From Bacteriovoracaceae bacterium (GTDB lineage Bacteria > Bdellovibrionota > Bacteriovoracia > Bacteriovoracales > Bacteriovoracaceae), in the NCBI GenBank assembly GCA_041586955.1, contig JBFGZE010000039.1:1-28116 (forward strand): DNA of 28,116 bases, given 5' to 3'. The notes beneath the pieces were generated by a model. It saw only the letters and a program-made list of their open reading frames with translations, did not search any database and was not told the DNA's origin. Within the stretch, counting starts at the first letter, position 1; every line of letters begins with the position of its first letter. Shown here piece after piece: positions 17,089 to 25,101 of the stretch. Position numbers and translations under genes: made by a program.

Positions 17089-19110
17089 CTATCTAATGAC
17101 TGCCTGACGCCATCTTTTGATGGCCGGTCGTATAATTTTTCCAATCAATTGATTATAAGTTACTCCATTTTTATCAGCAATAATCGAAAGATCACTAAAA
17201 CCTGGAGAGAGTCCTGGCAGAGGGTTTATCTCAATAAAGTAGACTTCCTCATCTGCGGTGACGCGAAAATCAACTCTCGCGATATCACGGCATCCAGTGA
17301 TGATAAAAATATCCTTTGCGGCCTTACTTAGCTTACGAGTAAGTTTTTTGGAAATTTTTGGGGGACTTTGAAGCTTAAAGTATTTATTATCAAGTGGATT
17401 ACTCTCTTGCTTTGCCTCGAAAGAGTAAACAGGAAGAGAATCCATGGCGCCCTTAAATACAATCTCTGAAATCCCGAGAATAGATGGTACATTATTTCCC
17501 CAAACTCCAACCGTAAATTCTCGGCCAACAACATACTCTTCGCAAAGAATGGGTCCCATCTTCTCTTTAAAACTAAGCTGAATCCTTTCTCTAAATTCTT
17601 GATCATTACGGACAACTGAATTGTCGTAGATTCCTTTCGACGTCCCCTCTAAGTTTGGTTTCAAAATAACGGGGTATCGTAAATCGTGATTTAAATTTTT
17701 TGTGCCTACCTCAAATACCTTGGACCTTGGTGCGGATAGGCCTTCAGAGAGAACAAGCTTTGTTGAGAGTGATTTATTTAAGGTTATTGAAAGGCACGCG
17801 GCATCACTGCCGGTATGCTCAATATTAAGCAGATCACAAAGTGCTGGCACTTGTGCCTCCCGAGATCTTTTATGAAGACCTTCAGCAATATTGAAAACCA
17901 CATCAATTTTATTATCTTGTAAATTTTTTGCCAAATTTCTATCTGCTTCAATCAAGGTGATATTATGCCCATTGCTCCTAATGGCATCCCCAATAGCATT
18001 GATTGTCTCTTTACTGTCAAATTCTGCTTCATCTTCATAACCAATTTCACCAGGTTTTTTTCTTTTAACATTAAAAACTAGCGCAACATTTGGTTTTCTA
18101 AGTTCTAGCGCTCTCGATTTTTTAACACTTGGGCCAGCGATATGTTGCCTCTGTGTCGCAGAATTAATGATGGCCCCCAAGGTTTCGGAATAATTTTTAC
18201 CAGCAACATTCGCAGCGCTAAAAAGCCCTGCATCTTTTTGAAGTGATGGGAGAGCATTAACCTCGATAAAGTAAACCTCTCCTGAAGATGTCACACGAAA
18301 ATCCGCTCTGGCCATATCGAAAATCCCCAACCCCTCTACAACCAGCTTCATTTGCTCTATTAGTAAATGCTTTACTTTATTCCCAATATCAGCGGGACAT
18401 TTAACTCCGACAAGATCTCCATTAATATTTTTTAGATCATAATCATAAATAGTGACTCCGTCCTTCTCAATCCCACAGTACTCAACAGGTTCCAGTACTC
18501 CTTCGTTACCGAGTCCACTCACATAAGGAACAGTAATGTCCCTTCCTTCAATATATTTCTCAACTAAAAGACCTTCTGGAAACTGATCTAAAACTTCCCT
18601 TGCATAAATTAAAAAAGAATCTGCATCATCACACTTTGACCGTTGAGTAATCCCCTTACTAGAGCCTTCAAAGTTTGGTTTAACAAAAACAGGGTAACTT
18701 AACTCTCTAGCAAGAGACTCAATCTCTAAAGGTGTTGAAATAAAATAACTCCCTGGAGTCATGACCCCTTTTCTCTCCAGCACCTTTTTAGTGAGATATT
18801 TATCAAGGGTTAAGAAACATGCATAGGGTCCGCTCCCTACGTATTTTAAATTCACTTGTTCAAAAATAGTAGGAGCAAGCGCCTCCCGCCCGATGCCTGA
18901 AAAACCTTCGGCAGTGTTAAAGATGATATCTGCTTTTGAATTAATTAACTGATCAATCCACCGGCCATCTTTTGTCATTTCAATTTTTTCAACCTGGTGA
19001 CCAGCTTCTGTAATCCCACTCGAGATTTCTTCTATAACTTCAGGGGTATCAAACTCGGCTTCTTCGATTGCGGAACTTTTCTTCAAATTGTGTACAAATG
19101 CTACCTTCAT
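17089..19110 (-). CDS. Tandem two-domain D-Ala-D-Ala-ligase-like ATP-grasp protein, 673 aa
   Basis: Two homologous halves: EAEFD, FN(T/I)AEG, REA, (F/L)xKPNxEG(S/T)SKGI, E(K/E)Y(I/V)xGR, AR(A/V)DFRV, EVNALP and EINPLPGL; start MKVAF with SD GAGGG. Confidence 0.9.
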   Translation of the reverse strand: MKVAFVHNLKKSSAIEEAEFDTPEVIEEISSGITEAGHQVEKIEMTKDGRWIDQLINSKADIIFNTAEGFSGIGREALAPTIFEQVNLKYVGSGPYACFLTLDKYLTKKVLERKGVMTPGSYFISTPLEIESLARELSYPVFVKPNFEGSSKGITQRSKCDDADSFLIYAREVLDQFPEGLLVEKYIEGRDITVPYVSGLGNEGVLEPVEYCGIEKDGVTIYDYDLKNINGDLVGVKCPADIGNKVKHLLIEQMKLVVEGLGIFDMARADFRVTSSGEVYFIEVNALPSLQKDAGLFSAANVAGKNYSETLGAIINSATQRQHIAGPSVKKSRALELRKPNVALVFNVKRKKPGEIGYEDEAEFDSKETINAIGDAIRSNGHNITLIEADRNLAKNLQDNKIDVVFNIAEGLHKRSREAQVPALCDLLNIEHTGSDAACLSITLNKSLSTKLVLSEGLSAPRSKVFEVGTKNLNHDLRYPVILKPNLEGTSKGIYDNSVVRNDQEFRERIQLSFKEKMGPILCEEYVVGREFTVGVWGNNVPSILGISEIVFKGAMDSLPVYSFEAKQESNPLDNKYFKLQSPPKISKKLTRKLSKAAKDIFIITGCRDIARVDFRVTADEEVYFIEINPLPGLSPGFSDLSIIADKNGVTYNQLIGKIIRPAIKRWRQAVIR

Positions 19111-20201
19111 GGAACCCTCACTTTCCAATAACTTTTAACAATTAAAAGAATGGTTTATCTTCTCACTTTTGTATATAACTTCTAGAATCCTAGCATCAAT
19201 TTCCTATATGCTTGTGCCTATAAAAGAGATAACCCCATTCTCACGTTTTTCAACCATTAGCAGGTATGTCATTTTAAGAGCAAAGGCAATTAGATTACAA
19301 TTGATTTCAAGCGATTAGCGCAAGGCAGAATAAAAAGTGAGCTATCGCTATAATGAGCTCTCTTAATACCACAACTACTCTTTGACATTAACCTCTTAAA
19401 ATCAGTAAAGAACCATTTTTAAAGCGCACGACTTGCTATTATCATTGACAAAATATCAATAATAACAACTGGTTAATATATTTAATCCGCTTCATATGAG
19501 CTTAAGGAAGTCGTTCCCCTTGGCCCTACGGAGATAATAATGCTTCCTTTTATTGTAATAGAATTAACTAAATGGAGAGACGGCCCTTTCTATAAAAGCT
19601 CTCGTTTTTGTCATATCTTTTGTCGCTGGATAAACCAAGCTGACTGGAGCTTTCTTCGTTCACCTTTTCGTTAAGGGCAATGATCACTTTTTAAGAAGGC
19701 TATCGACTTTAAACTTTTTCTTTATTCTCATACAATTTCCCCTATCAATTTTTTCAAAGAGCATGACCTCGTGTTTTTTAAACCTTAAAGGTTAGTAGGA
19801 CGAGTGTAAATTTGAAGACTTTTTTTATGCGATCGAAAAAAGACTTGGCCTCCTAGTTCGTTTTACAAATGAGAAGTAACCTAACTTGCCTTATCCTTGG
19901 TTAGCTTAAGCTCCTTGAAAATTTTGATAAAGCTCTCTCACACCATCAGGTTTCTGATTTTTATTTATAATACTAGGACCCACATTTTTCATCTATGAAA
20001 TAGTAAGCTTTATTTAGGCCCCCTTTTGAAACACCTTTAAAACAAATTAAATTGATAATGACATAAGCGCATAACTATTAACGATTGGATTCGGTTTAGG
20101 CCTTTCTCTTCCCACTATAAATAGTGTTCTTAAGATTTTTTTTAAAAAAGGAACAAAAGTTTTTTCATTGACGATACAGGAAACTTCTCTAAAAACTTTA
20201 G

Positions 20202-20230
20202 TGGCAAGATGACTCATGATGAAGTATCTT
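20202..20230 (+). promoter_or_regulatory. Candidate sigma70 promoter for the DOPA-dioxygenase-family gene
   Basis: TGGCAA - 17 bp - TATCTT, about 73 nt upstream of the GTG start. Confidence 0.3.
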
Positions 20231-20303
20231 AATGCCTTAAATTATTAGCTGGCCTTTAGTATTTAGGCCAAATAGATGTTTGACCCATTAAAGAGAGGAA
20301 GCT

Positions 20304-20630
20304 GTGATTAATAATTTCCATATTCACCTATATTACGATGAAACAAATATAGAAATTGCCAAAGATCTAGCGAAAGAGGCAAAAAAAATATACCCCATCG
20401 ATGTAGGAACTTTTCATGAAAAAAACGTAGGGCCACATCCTCGCTGGAGCGTTCAACTTGCAGTTCCAGTTGATATATTTGGAGATGTTCTAACTTTTGT
20501 TGCGCTAAACAGAAAAGGGCTAACCGTTTTTAGCCACCCAACCACAGGTAATGGTCTAAAGGACCATGTAGACCATGCCATCTGGATGGGCGAAGTATTA
20601 GATCTAAATGCTGGTGCCTTCACAAAATAA
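20304..20630 (+). CDS. DOPA 4,5-dioxygenase family protein
   Basis: FHIHLYYD, VGPHP, LNRKGLTVFSHP, DHVDHAIWMG motifs; GTG start with SD AGAGGA. Confidence 0.9.
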   Translation: MINNFHIHLYYDETNIEIAKDLAKEAKKIYPIDVGTFHEKNVGPHPRWSVQLAVPVDIFGDVLTFVALNRKGLTVFSHPTTGNGLKDHVDHAIWMGEVLDLNAGAFTK

Positions 20631-20675
20631 TTTATAGGGAGAAACAATCCTTTTTAGTGAAACGAGACATTGGGA

Positions 20676-20715
20676 TTATCTTATAGTGGATCCATCCGGC
20701 TCCACTAAAAGATAA
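20676..20715. terminator. Long inverted repeat between convergent genes, probable terminator or mRNA-stabilising hairpin
   Basis: TTATCTT-A-TAGTGGA / TCCACTA-A-AAGATAA arms (one mismatch) around a 10-nt loop; no clean U-tract. Confidence 0.5.
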
Positions 20716-20799
20716 ACTCATTTTAAAAGGTCAATCAAATGAAAAATGTTGCTATTCCCAATTTGAGTTATAAAAGTTTAATAACTTAAAAATTTAGTA

Positions 20800-21603
20800 T
20801 TATTTGATTTTATTGTGACTCAAGAATGGCAACATTAAAATTGGAACGACCGTAAAACAGACAACAAGTATCGCTCCCGCTGGGAAGTCTAATTTATAAC
20901 TCAAGGCCATACCAAGGACACAAACAAAAAAGCCAAAAATCCAGCCGAATATGAGTTGGGCCTTTATTTCACTTCTAAAAAGCGTACTTACCAATGCAGG
21001 GACGATTAAAAATGAAAACACTAATAATATTCCGGCAACTCCCACTGAAGAAGTTATAACCACACCAAACAGAGCAAAAAAAACAAAATCCCATAATACT
21101 CTATTAGCAACATTGCCCCCAAAGCTCACTGCAATAATCTGCTTTCTAAAATAATAATGAACACCTGCGACGATCGAATATATTATACTTGTTTTAATCA
21201 CATCATCCCATGATACCCATAAGATTCTCCCGACTAATATTTCTTTAATATGCTCAGACCCGTGAGAAAGGTTATTGACAACTAATATGACAAGCGCCGA
21301 GGCCAAGGCATAAACAATACCAATCAATATTTCTTGTGAAATTTTATTTTCAACTCTTCTGGCCCATGCAAAAAGTCCTGCAACGGCAAATGTATGGCCT
21401 AAAGACATAAAATAGCTTCCTGTAGAATGGTGTTCAATACCAAAAAGAAGGGCAACAGTCGTTCCAAGCCCGGCAACTTGTGCTAAACTTAGGTCAACAA
21501 AGATGACCCCTCTTTTTAAAACATGAAGTCCCATGTAACAATGAATTCCAACTAAAATAAGACACATAAAAAAAGGAGGTAGAAAAAACGTCAATACTTC
21601 CAT
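20800..21603 (-). CDS. ABC-3 family metal (Zn/Mn) transporter permease
   Basis: Multiple TM helices; GLHVLKRGVIFVDLSLAQVAGLG, LVGRILWV, GILLVFSFLIVPA, DFPAGA motifs; SD GAGGAG. Confidence 0.92.
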   Translation of the reverse strand: MEVLTFFLPPFFMCLILVGIHCYMGLHVLKRGVIFVDLSLAQVAGLGTTVALLFGIEHHSTGSYFMSLGHTFAVAGLFAWARRVENKISQEILIGIVYALASALVILVVNNLSHGSEHIKEILVGRILWVSWDDVIKTSIIYSIVAGVHYYFRKQIIAVSFGGNVANRVLWDFVFFALFGVVITSSVGVAGILLVFSFLIVPALVSTLFRSEIKAQLIFGWIFGFFVCVLGMALSYKLDFPAGAILVVCFTVVPILMLPFLSHNKIK

Positions 21604-21605
21604 GT

Positions 21606-22505
21606 CTATTTCTCCTCAACTGCGGAAACTAAACTCTCATATAGATCAAACAAGTTTAAGATTTTTGGTTCACCAGCAACTGAAACAGGAACAATCTTAA
21701 CTTTCAAACCCGCTACATCTTTTGCGACTCTTTTAGCAACAGTAGGATCAAAATAGTTTTCTACAATAGCTAACTTAACTCCCTCACTTCTCGCTTTTTT
21801 CATTACTCCTAAAATATGTCCCACTGAAGGAGGTATCCCGGGTTTAGGTTCAAGTAACGATACATTGATAATTCCAAAGCGATGGTAAAAGTACGTTAAG
21901 GTTTTGTGGTAGGTAATCACTTTTGTCCCAACTTTTATTCTTTTTTTCCACTGTTCTAACTTTAAAGTTAAATTGCTTGAAAACTTATTGAAGTTGCCCT
22001 CATATTCACGAGCATTCTCGGGATCAAGTTTTTTAAGTTTATCTCTTAACTTTTCTGCGATTTTTAGAGCATTAAGAGGATCCAGTAAAAAATGTGGATT
22101 TCCCTCTGGATGCACATCACCATCTGCCCTTGATATGGCCGCACTAGGTTTCTCTAGTGTTTCGATATACTCACCGGCAATAAAGCTTCCTGCTCCTCCT
22201 TCCCTTAACTTAGGGTTCCGAGAGCCTCTTAAGATAAGAGGGAGCCAACCAACTTCGAGCTCCAGACCAATTGAAACTAATAAATCTGCTTTGGAAGCTT
22301 TTAACATGTATGATGGTTTTGCCTCTATATAATGTGGATCTTGCGTTCCTTTAGAAAAGGACTCCACATCAACTTTTTCACCAGCAACCATCTCAACTAG
22401 ATTTTTAAGATTATTGGTTGTCGTTAAAACTTTCAATTTTGCATGCCCGGTGAAGGGCAATAAGCAAGCAAGTACAACAAATGGTATCTTAAAATATTTT
22501 TTCAT
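21606..22505 (-). CDS. Cluster A-I metal-binding protein (ZnuA/TroA/AdcA family), 299 aa
   Basis: Signal peptide ending GHA; QDPHY, GLELEVGWL, DVHPEGNPHFLLDP, TYHKTLTYF, EPKPGIPP; start MKKYF with SD AAGG. Confidence 0.93.
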   Translation of the reverse strand: MKKYFKIPFVVLACLLPFTGHAKLKVLTTTNNLKNLVEMVAGEKVDVESFSKGTQDPHYIEAKPSYMLKASKADLLVSIGLELEVGWLPLILRGSRNPKLREGGAGSFIAGEYIETLEKPSAAISRADGDVHPEGNPHFLLDPLNALKIAEKLRDKLKKLDPENAREYEGNFNKFSSNLTLKLEQWKKRIKVGTKVITYHKTLTYFYHRFGIINVSLLEPKPGIPPSVGHILGVMKKARSEGVKLAIVENYFDPTVAKRVAKDVAGLKVKIVPVSVAGEPKILNLFDLYESLVSAVEEK

Positions 22506-22515
22506 TGGTTTACCT

Positions 22516-23550
22516 TTAATACGCGTGTGCAGGGTGAGCACCAATACTTATATTTAATTGCAGACTTAAGCGTTTTTCATCTTTCTCTTGGCCATCATTA
22601 GTTGTTTCGTATTGCAATCGGATACTGCTAAATTCTGACGGGAGAAATGCTATTAATCCTGTATGTCTTTGACTCGGACTTCCAGATTTTGATTTGTTTA
22701 GGCCAAGGTAATCATAACGGTATTGAGCATACCATCTTTGGGCCATTTGATATTTCAAATGACTCACCACACCTGATAGCTTGCCATCAGAAGCTCCCTT
22801 TCTATCTTTTTGTAAATACTCACTACCCCATTCAAATGAACGATACTTTCCACCTTGAGATGGCCTCCATTTAAGGGTTAAGTCTGCACCATAAAGATGA
22901 GTATCCAAATGATCTGAATTTTTCCCTTGTGCCCCTGAAAAACCTAACTCAAGAGTTGTCGAATCAGAAAAATCCCAGAGATTTTTAAACCTTGCCACAA
23001 TCGCTTTGTTATCATTAAGATCACTATTGAATAAATCCTCATTTTCCCCCTGTATATAACTCAAGTTCACTTCACTAAACCAAGGTAGCGGGATTAAAGC
23101 GCTTGCTCCAACTCCTGTTTCATTTAACCCTTCCTCACCTAGAATTGTCTCATTTACTAATGGAGCATTAATAAAGGGAAAGGCATGAGTATGAAGTTGA
23201 TTATGCTTCCCTAACGCCATTTTGAACTTTCCGGCCATCAGTGTCACATAAGGAATTGCAATTGTTTCGACATAGACCTCTTCTGGTTCAATACCATAGG
23301 CACCATCTTCTTTAGCAACAGCAAAAAGGGCCTTGGCAGAAAAATAGGCATCGACATCAGAACTGAATTGAAGCTCAGCTTCCTGTAGCTTGACTCCATC
23401 CTCATCACTATCACGATCCGAATTTTGATTTAAAAACAGTACGTTAATCCCAATATCCGGATTAAAAGAATTGCCCCTCGACTTTTGTTTTTGGGCATGG
23501 GCGATAGTACTCACTAATAAAATTAACAATATGTAAAATGTTTTCATCAT
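22516..23550 (-). CDS. Outer-membrane beta-barrel of the metal-uptake-associated family with C-terminal GAHxAHx(Y/F) motif
   Basis: Signal peptide AHA|Q, FNPDIG, EAELQFSSDVDAY, EEVYV, GKHNQLHTHAFPFI, SEFSSIRLQY, IGAHPAHAY; 344 aa is too short for a TonB plug plus 22-strand barrel; SD GGAG. Confidence 0.82.
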   Translation of the reverse strand: MMKTFYILLILLVSTIAHAQKQKSRGNSFNPDIGINVLFLNQNSDRDSDEDGVKLQEAELQFSSDVDAYFSAKALFAVAKEDGAYGIEPEEVYVETIAIPYVTLMAGKFKMALGKHNQLHTHAFPFINAPLVNETILGEEGLNETGVGASALIPLPWFSEVNLSYIQGENEDLFNSDLNDNKAIVARFKNLWDFSDSTTLELGFSGAQGKNSDHLDTHLYGADLTLKWRPSQGGKYRSFEWGSEYLQKDRKGASDGKLSGVVSHLKYQMAQRWYAQYRYDYLGLNKSKSGSPSQRHTGLIAFLPSEFSSIRLQYETTNDGQEKDEKRLSLQLNISIGAHPAHAY

Positions 23551-23633
23551 TTAGACTCCAAGTAAAATTCTTCAATAAAACGACTGACTTCAACTAACAG
23601 TCAGAAGGGTTTCAAAAATAAAATAAACTGATG

Positions 23634-23909
23634 CTAAACGCTGGGAGGTGCCCGAGGGCCAATACTTTTAGAAAAAAAAGGTTTGAGTATAAGATCATTC
23701 TCAGTAATAGGAATTACTCTGATTAAAGCTAAATTAGAATCAAAACTTGTATCTATTGTCATGGGAACAAGTCCCGGTTGACGAGATAATAACTTACAAA
23801 CGACACAATAATGATCTCTATTATCGTGATCAGATTCAGAGTGGCCAAATCCATGGACCTGAATTAAAAACAGCGACAATAGAGTAATTAATGATAGATA
23901 CTTTTTCAT
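23634..23909 (-). CDS. DUF2946/CruR-like leader protein with His-rich CxxC and C-terminal RAPP arrest motif, 91 aa
   Basis: MKKYLSLITLLSLFLIQVH signal-like N-terminus, HGFGHSESDHDNRDHYCVVC, C-terminal GPRAPPSV; lies 83 nt upstream of the barrel gene in the same orientation. Confidence 0.8.
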   Translation of the reverse strand: MKKYLSLITLLSLFLIQVHGFGHSESDHDNRDHYCVVCKLLSRQPGLVPMTIDTSFDSNLALIRVIPITENDLILKPFFSKSIGPRAPPSV

Positions 23910-24222
23910 AAGCAAAAAGATAATTACATACTTATTAAAAATGGTCGATAAAAAACATATTGTTTTTTGCAGGAGTGCGGCATTATAGCAATAATCACAA
24001 TCTCGTTTCGCCCCTGAAGCATAGCGCAAAAACGCCGCAGAAGCTCCTGATTTCTATTTTGAGTAAAGGACTCAAAAATTGTCCGGATCCAATGAGAATG
24101 TGTTATCTTTTCCAGCGCTTAGAGAGCAAAAGTTGCCAATTTTAGTAATTAGAATGACTACCACTGACTAAAGGTTTTACCCTAAGCATAAAATTGAACC
24201 AACTTAAGAGGTTAAAAGACAA

Positions 24223-25038
24223 ATGCCCGAATTACCCGAAGTAGAAACAATTAAGAATCAAGTTAAAGACATTCTTCCTCTTAAGATTGAGAGCGTGGAA
24301 TACTCACCATTCTCTCGCTCCATTATTAAAGGCCAAGATTTTGATCCCCTTGGGAAGACAATTAAAGATGTATGCCGTCAGGGAAAAGTCTTACGGTTTC
24401 TTTTTTCAAATCAATTGCGGATGATCTCGGGACTGGGAATGTCGGGATCTTGGCGAATTTCTGAAAAGAAGATTGAGGTCAAGCATACTCATATTCTTTT
24501 TAAGGGAAAGAAGGGAAAAAAGACCTTTTATTTGGGCTACGTGGACCCACGGCGCTTTGGAAATATTCATTTCTTGACGGCGAATAATGAAGAGCAATGG
24601 CTGAAGCGCTTAGGCCCGGATGTCAGCTCGGATAATTTTAATGAAGAGTATCTATGGTCATTGCGGCAGCAAAAACCGACAAAAGTATTAAAGCCCTTCC
24701 TTCTAGATCAGCAATTTTTTGCGGGCATAGGCAATTATATGGCCTCTGAGATATGTGCTCGTGCCCACGTAAGACCAACGCGTAAGATGGGTAAACTCAC
24801 TCGTAAAGAGTGCCAACTTTTGGTTGAGGCCACCAGGTCAGTTCTCGAAGATAGTATTAAAAATAATGGCACCACTTTTTCTGGAGGCTATGCGGATGCT
24901 TTTGGAGAGAAAGGTGAAGGCGTGAAAAACCTGGTGGTCTTCTACCAGAAAAACTGTGGTATTTGCCAAAAAACAGAAGTCAAAAAAATCATTCTCGGTA
25001 ATCGCGGGACTTATTATTGTCCTCATTGCCAGAAGTAA
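24223..25038 (+). CDS. mutM: Formamidopyrimidine-DNA glycosylase / AP lyase (Fpg)
   Basis: MPELPEVE, LGMSG, DPRRFG, LGPD, H2TH LLDQ..AGIGNYMASE, C-terminal CxxC...RGTYYCPHCQ zinc finger; SD GAGG. Confidence 0.96.
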   Translation: MPELPEVETIKNQVKDILPLKIESVEYSPFSRSIIKGQDFDPLGKTIKDVCRQGKVLRFLFSNQLRMISGLGMSGSWRISEKKIEVKHTHILFKGKKGKKTFYLGYVDPRRFGNIHFLTANNEEQWLKRLGPDVSSDNFNEEYLWSLRQQKPTKVLKPFLLDQQFFAGIGNYMASEICARAHVRPTRKMGKLTRKECQLLVEATRSVLEDSIKNNGTTFSGGYADAFGEKGEGVKNLVVFYQKNCGICQKTEVKKIILGNRGTYYCPHCQK

Positions 25039-25101
25039 TAACTATCTGGCGAAAGGGCTATTTTGAGGATAGGAAAAACATTATTAAGATTGCTTTAATT
25101 T

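Noticed and set aside
17082..17144. Longer DmpA start overlapping the ligase
   Set aside because: Family similarity begins at MKKSDLKDLGI and an SD sits just before ATG 17081.
17089..19110. Housekeeping ddl or VanA-type resistance ligase
   Set aside because: Lacks the GGxSxE and HGxxGEDG motifs, is duplicated, and has no mur/fts or vanH/vanX neighbours.
19434..19452. Fur-box-like AATGATAAT half-site (also GATAATGA near 20054 and AATGAGAAT near 24091)
   Set aside because: Only half-sites in very AT-rich DNA; no convincing full palindrome, and no clear Zur box before the metal operon.
22516..23550. TonB-dependent receptor call
   Set aside because: At 344 aa it is too short, with no TonB box or plug domain evident.
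23910..24029. N-terminal extension of the RAPP ORF containing CDYC
   Set aside because: The signal-like MKKYL start at 23909 fits the DUF2946 architecture better; the extension looks like promoter DNA, although no clear SD is visible for 23909.
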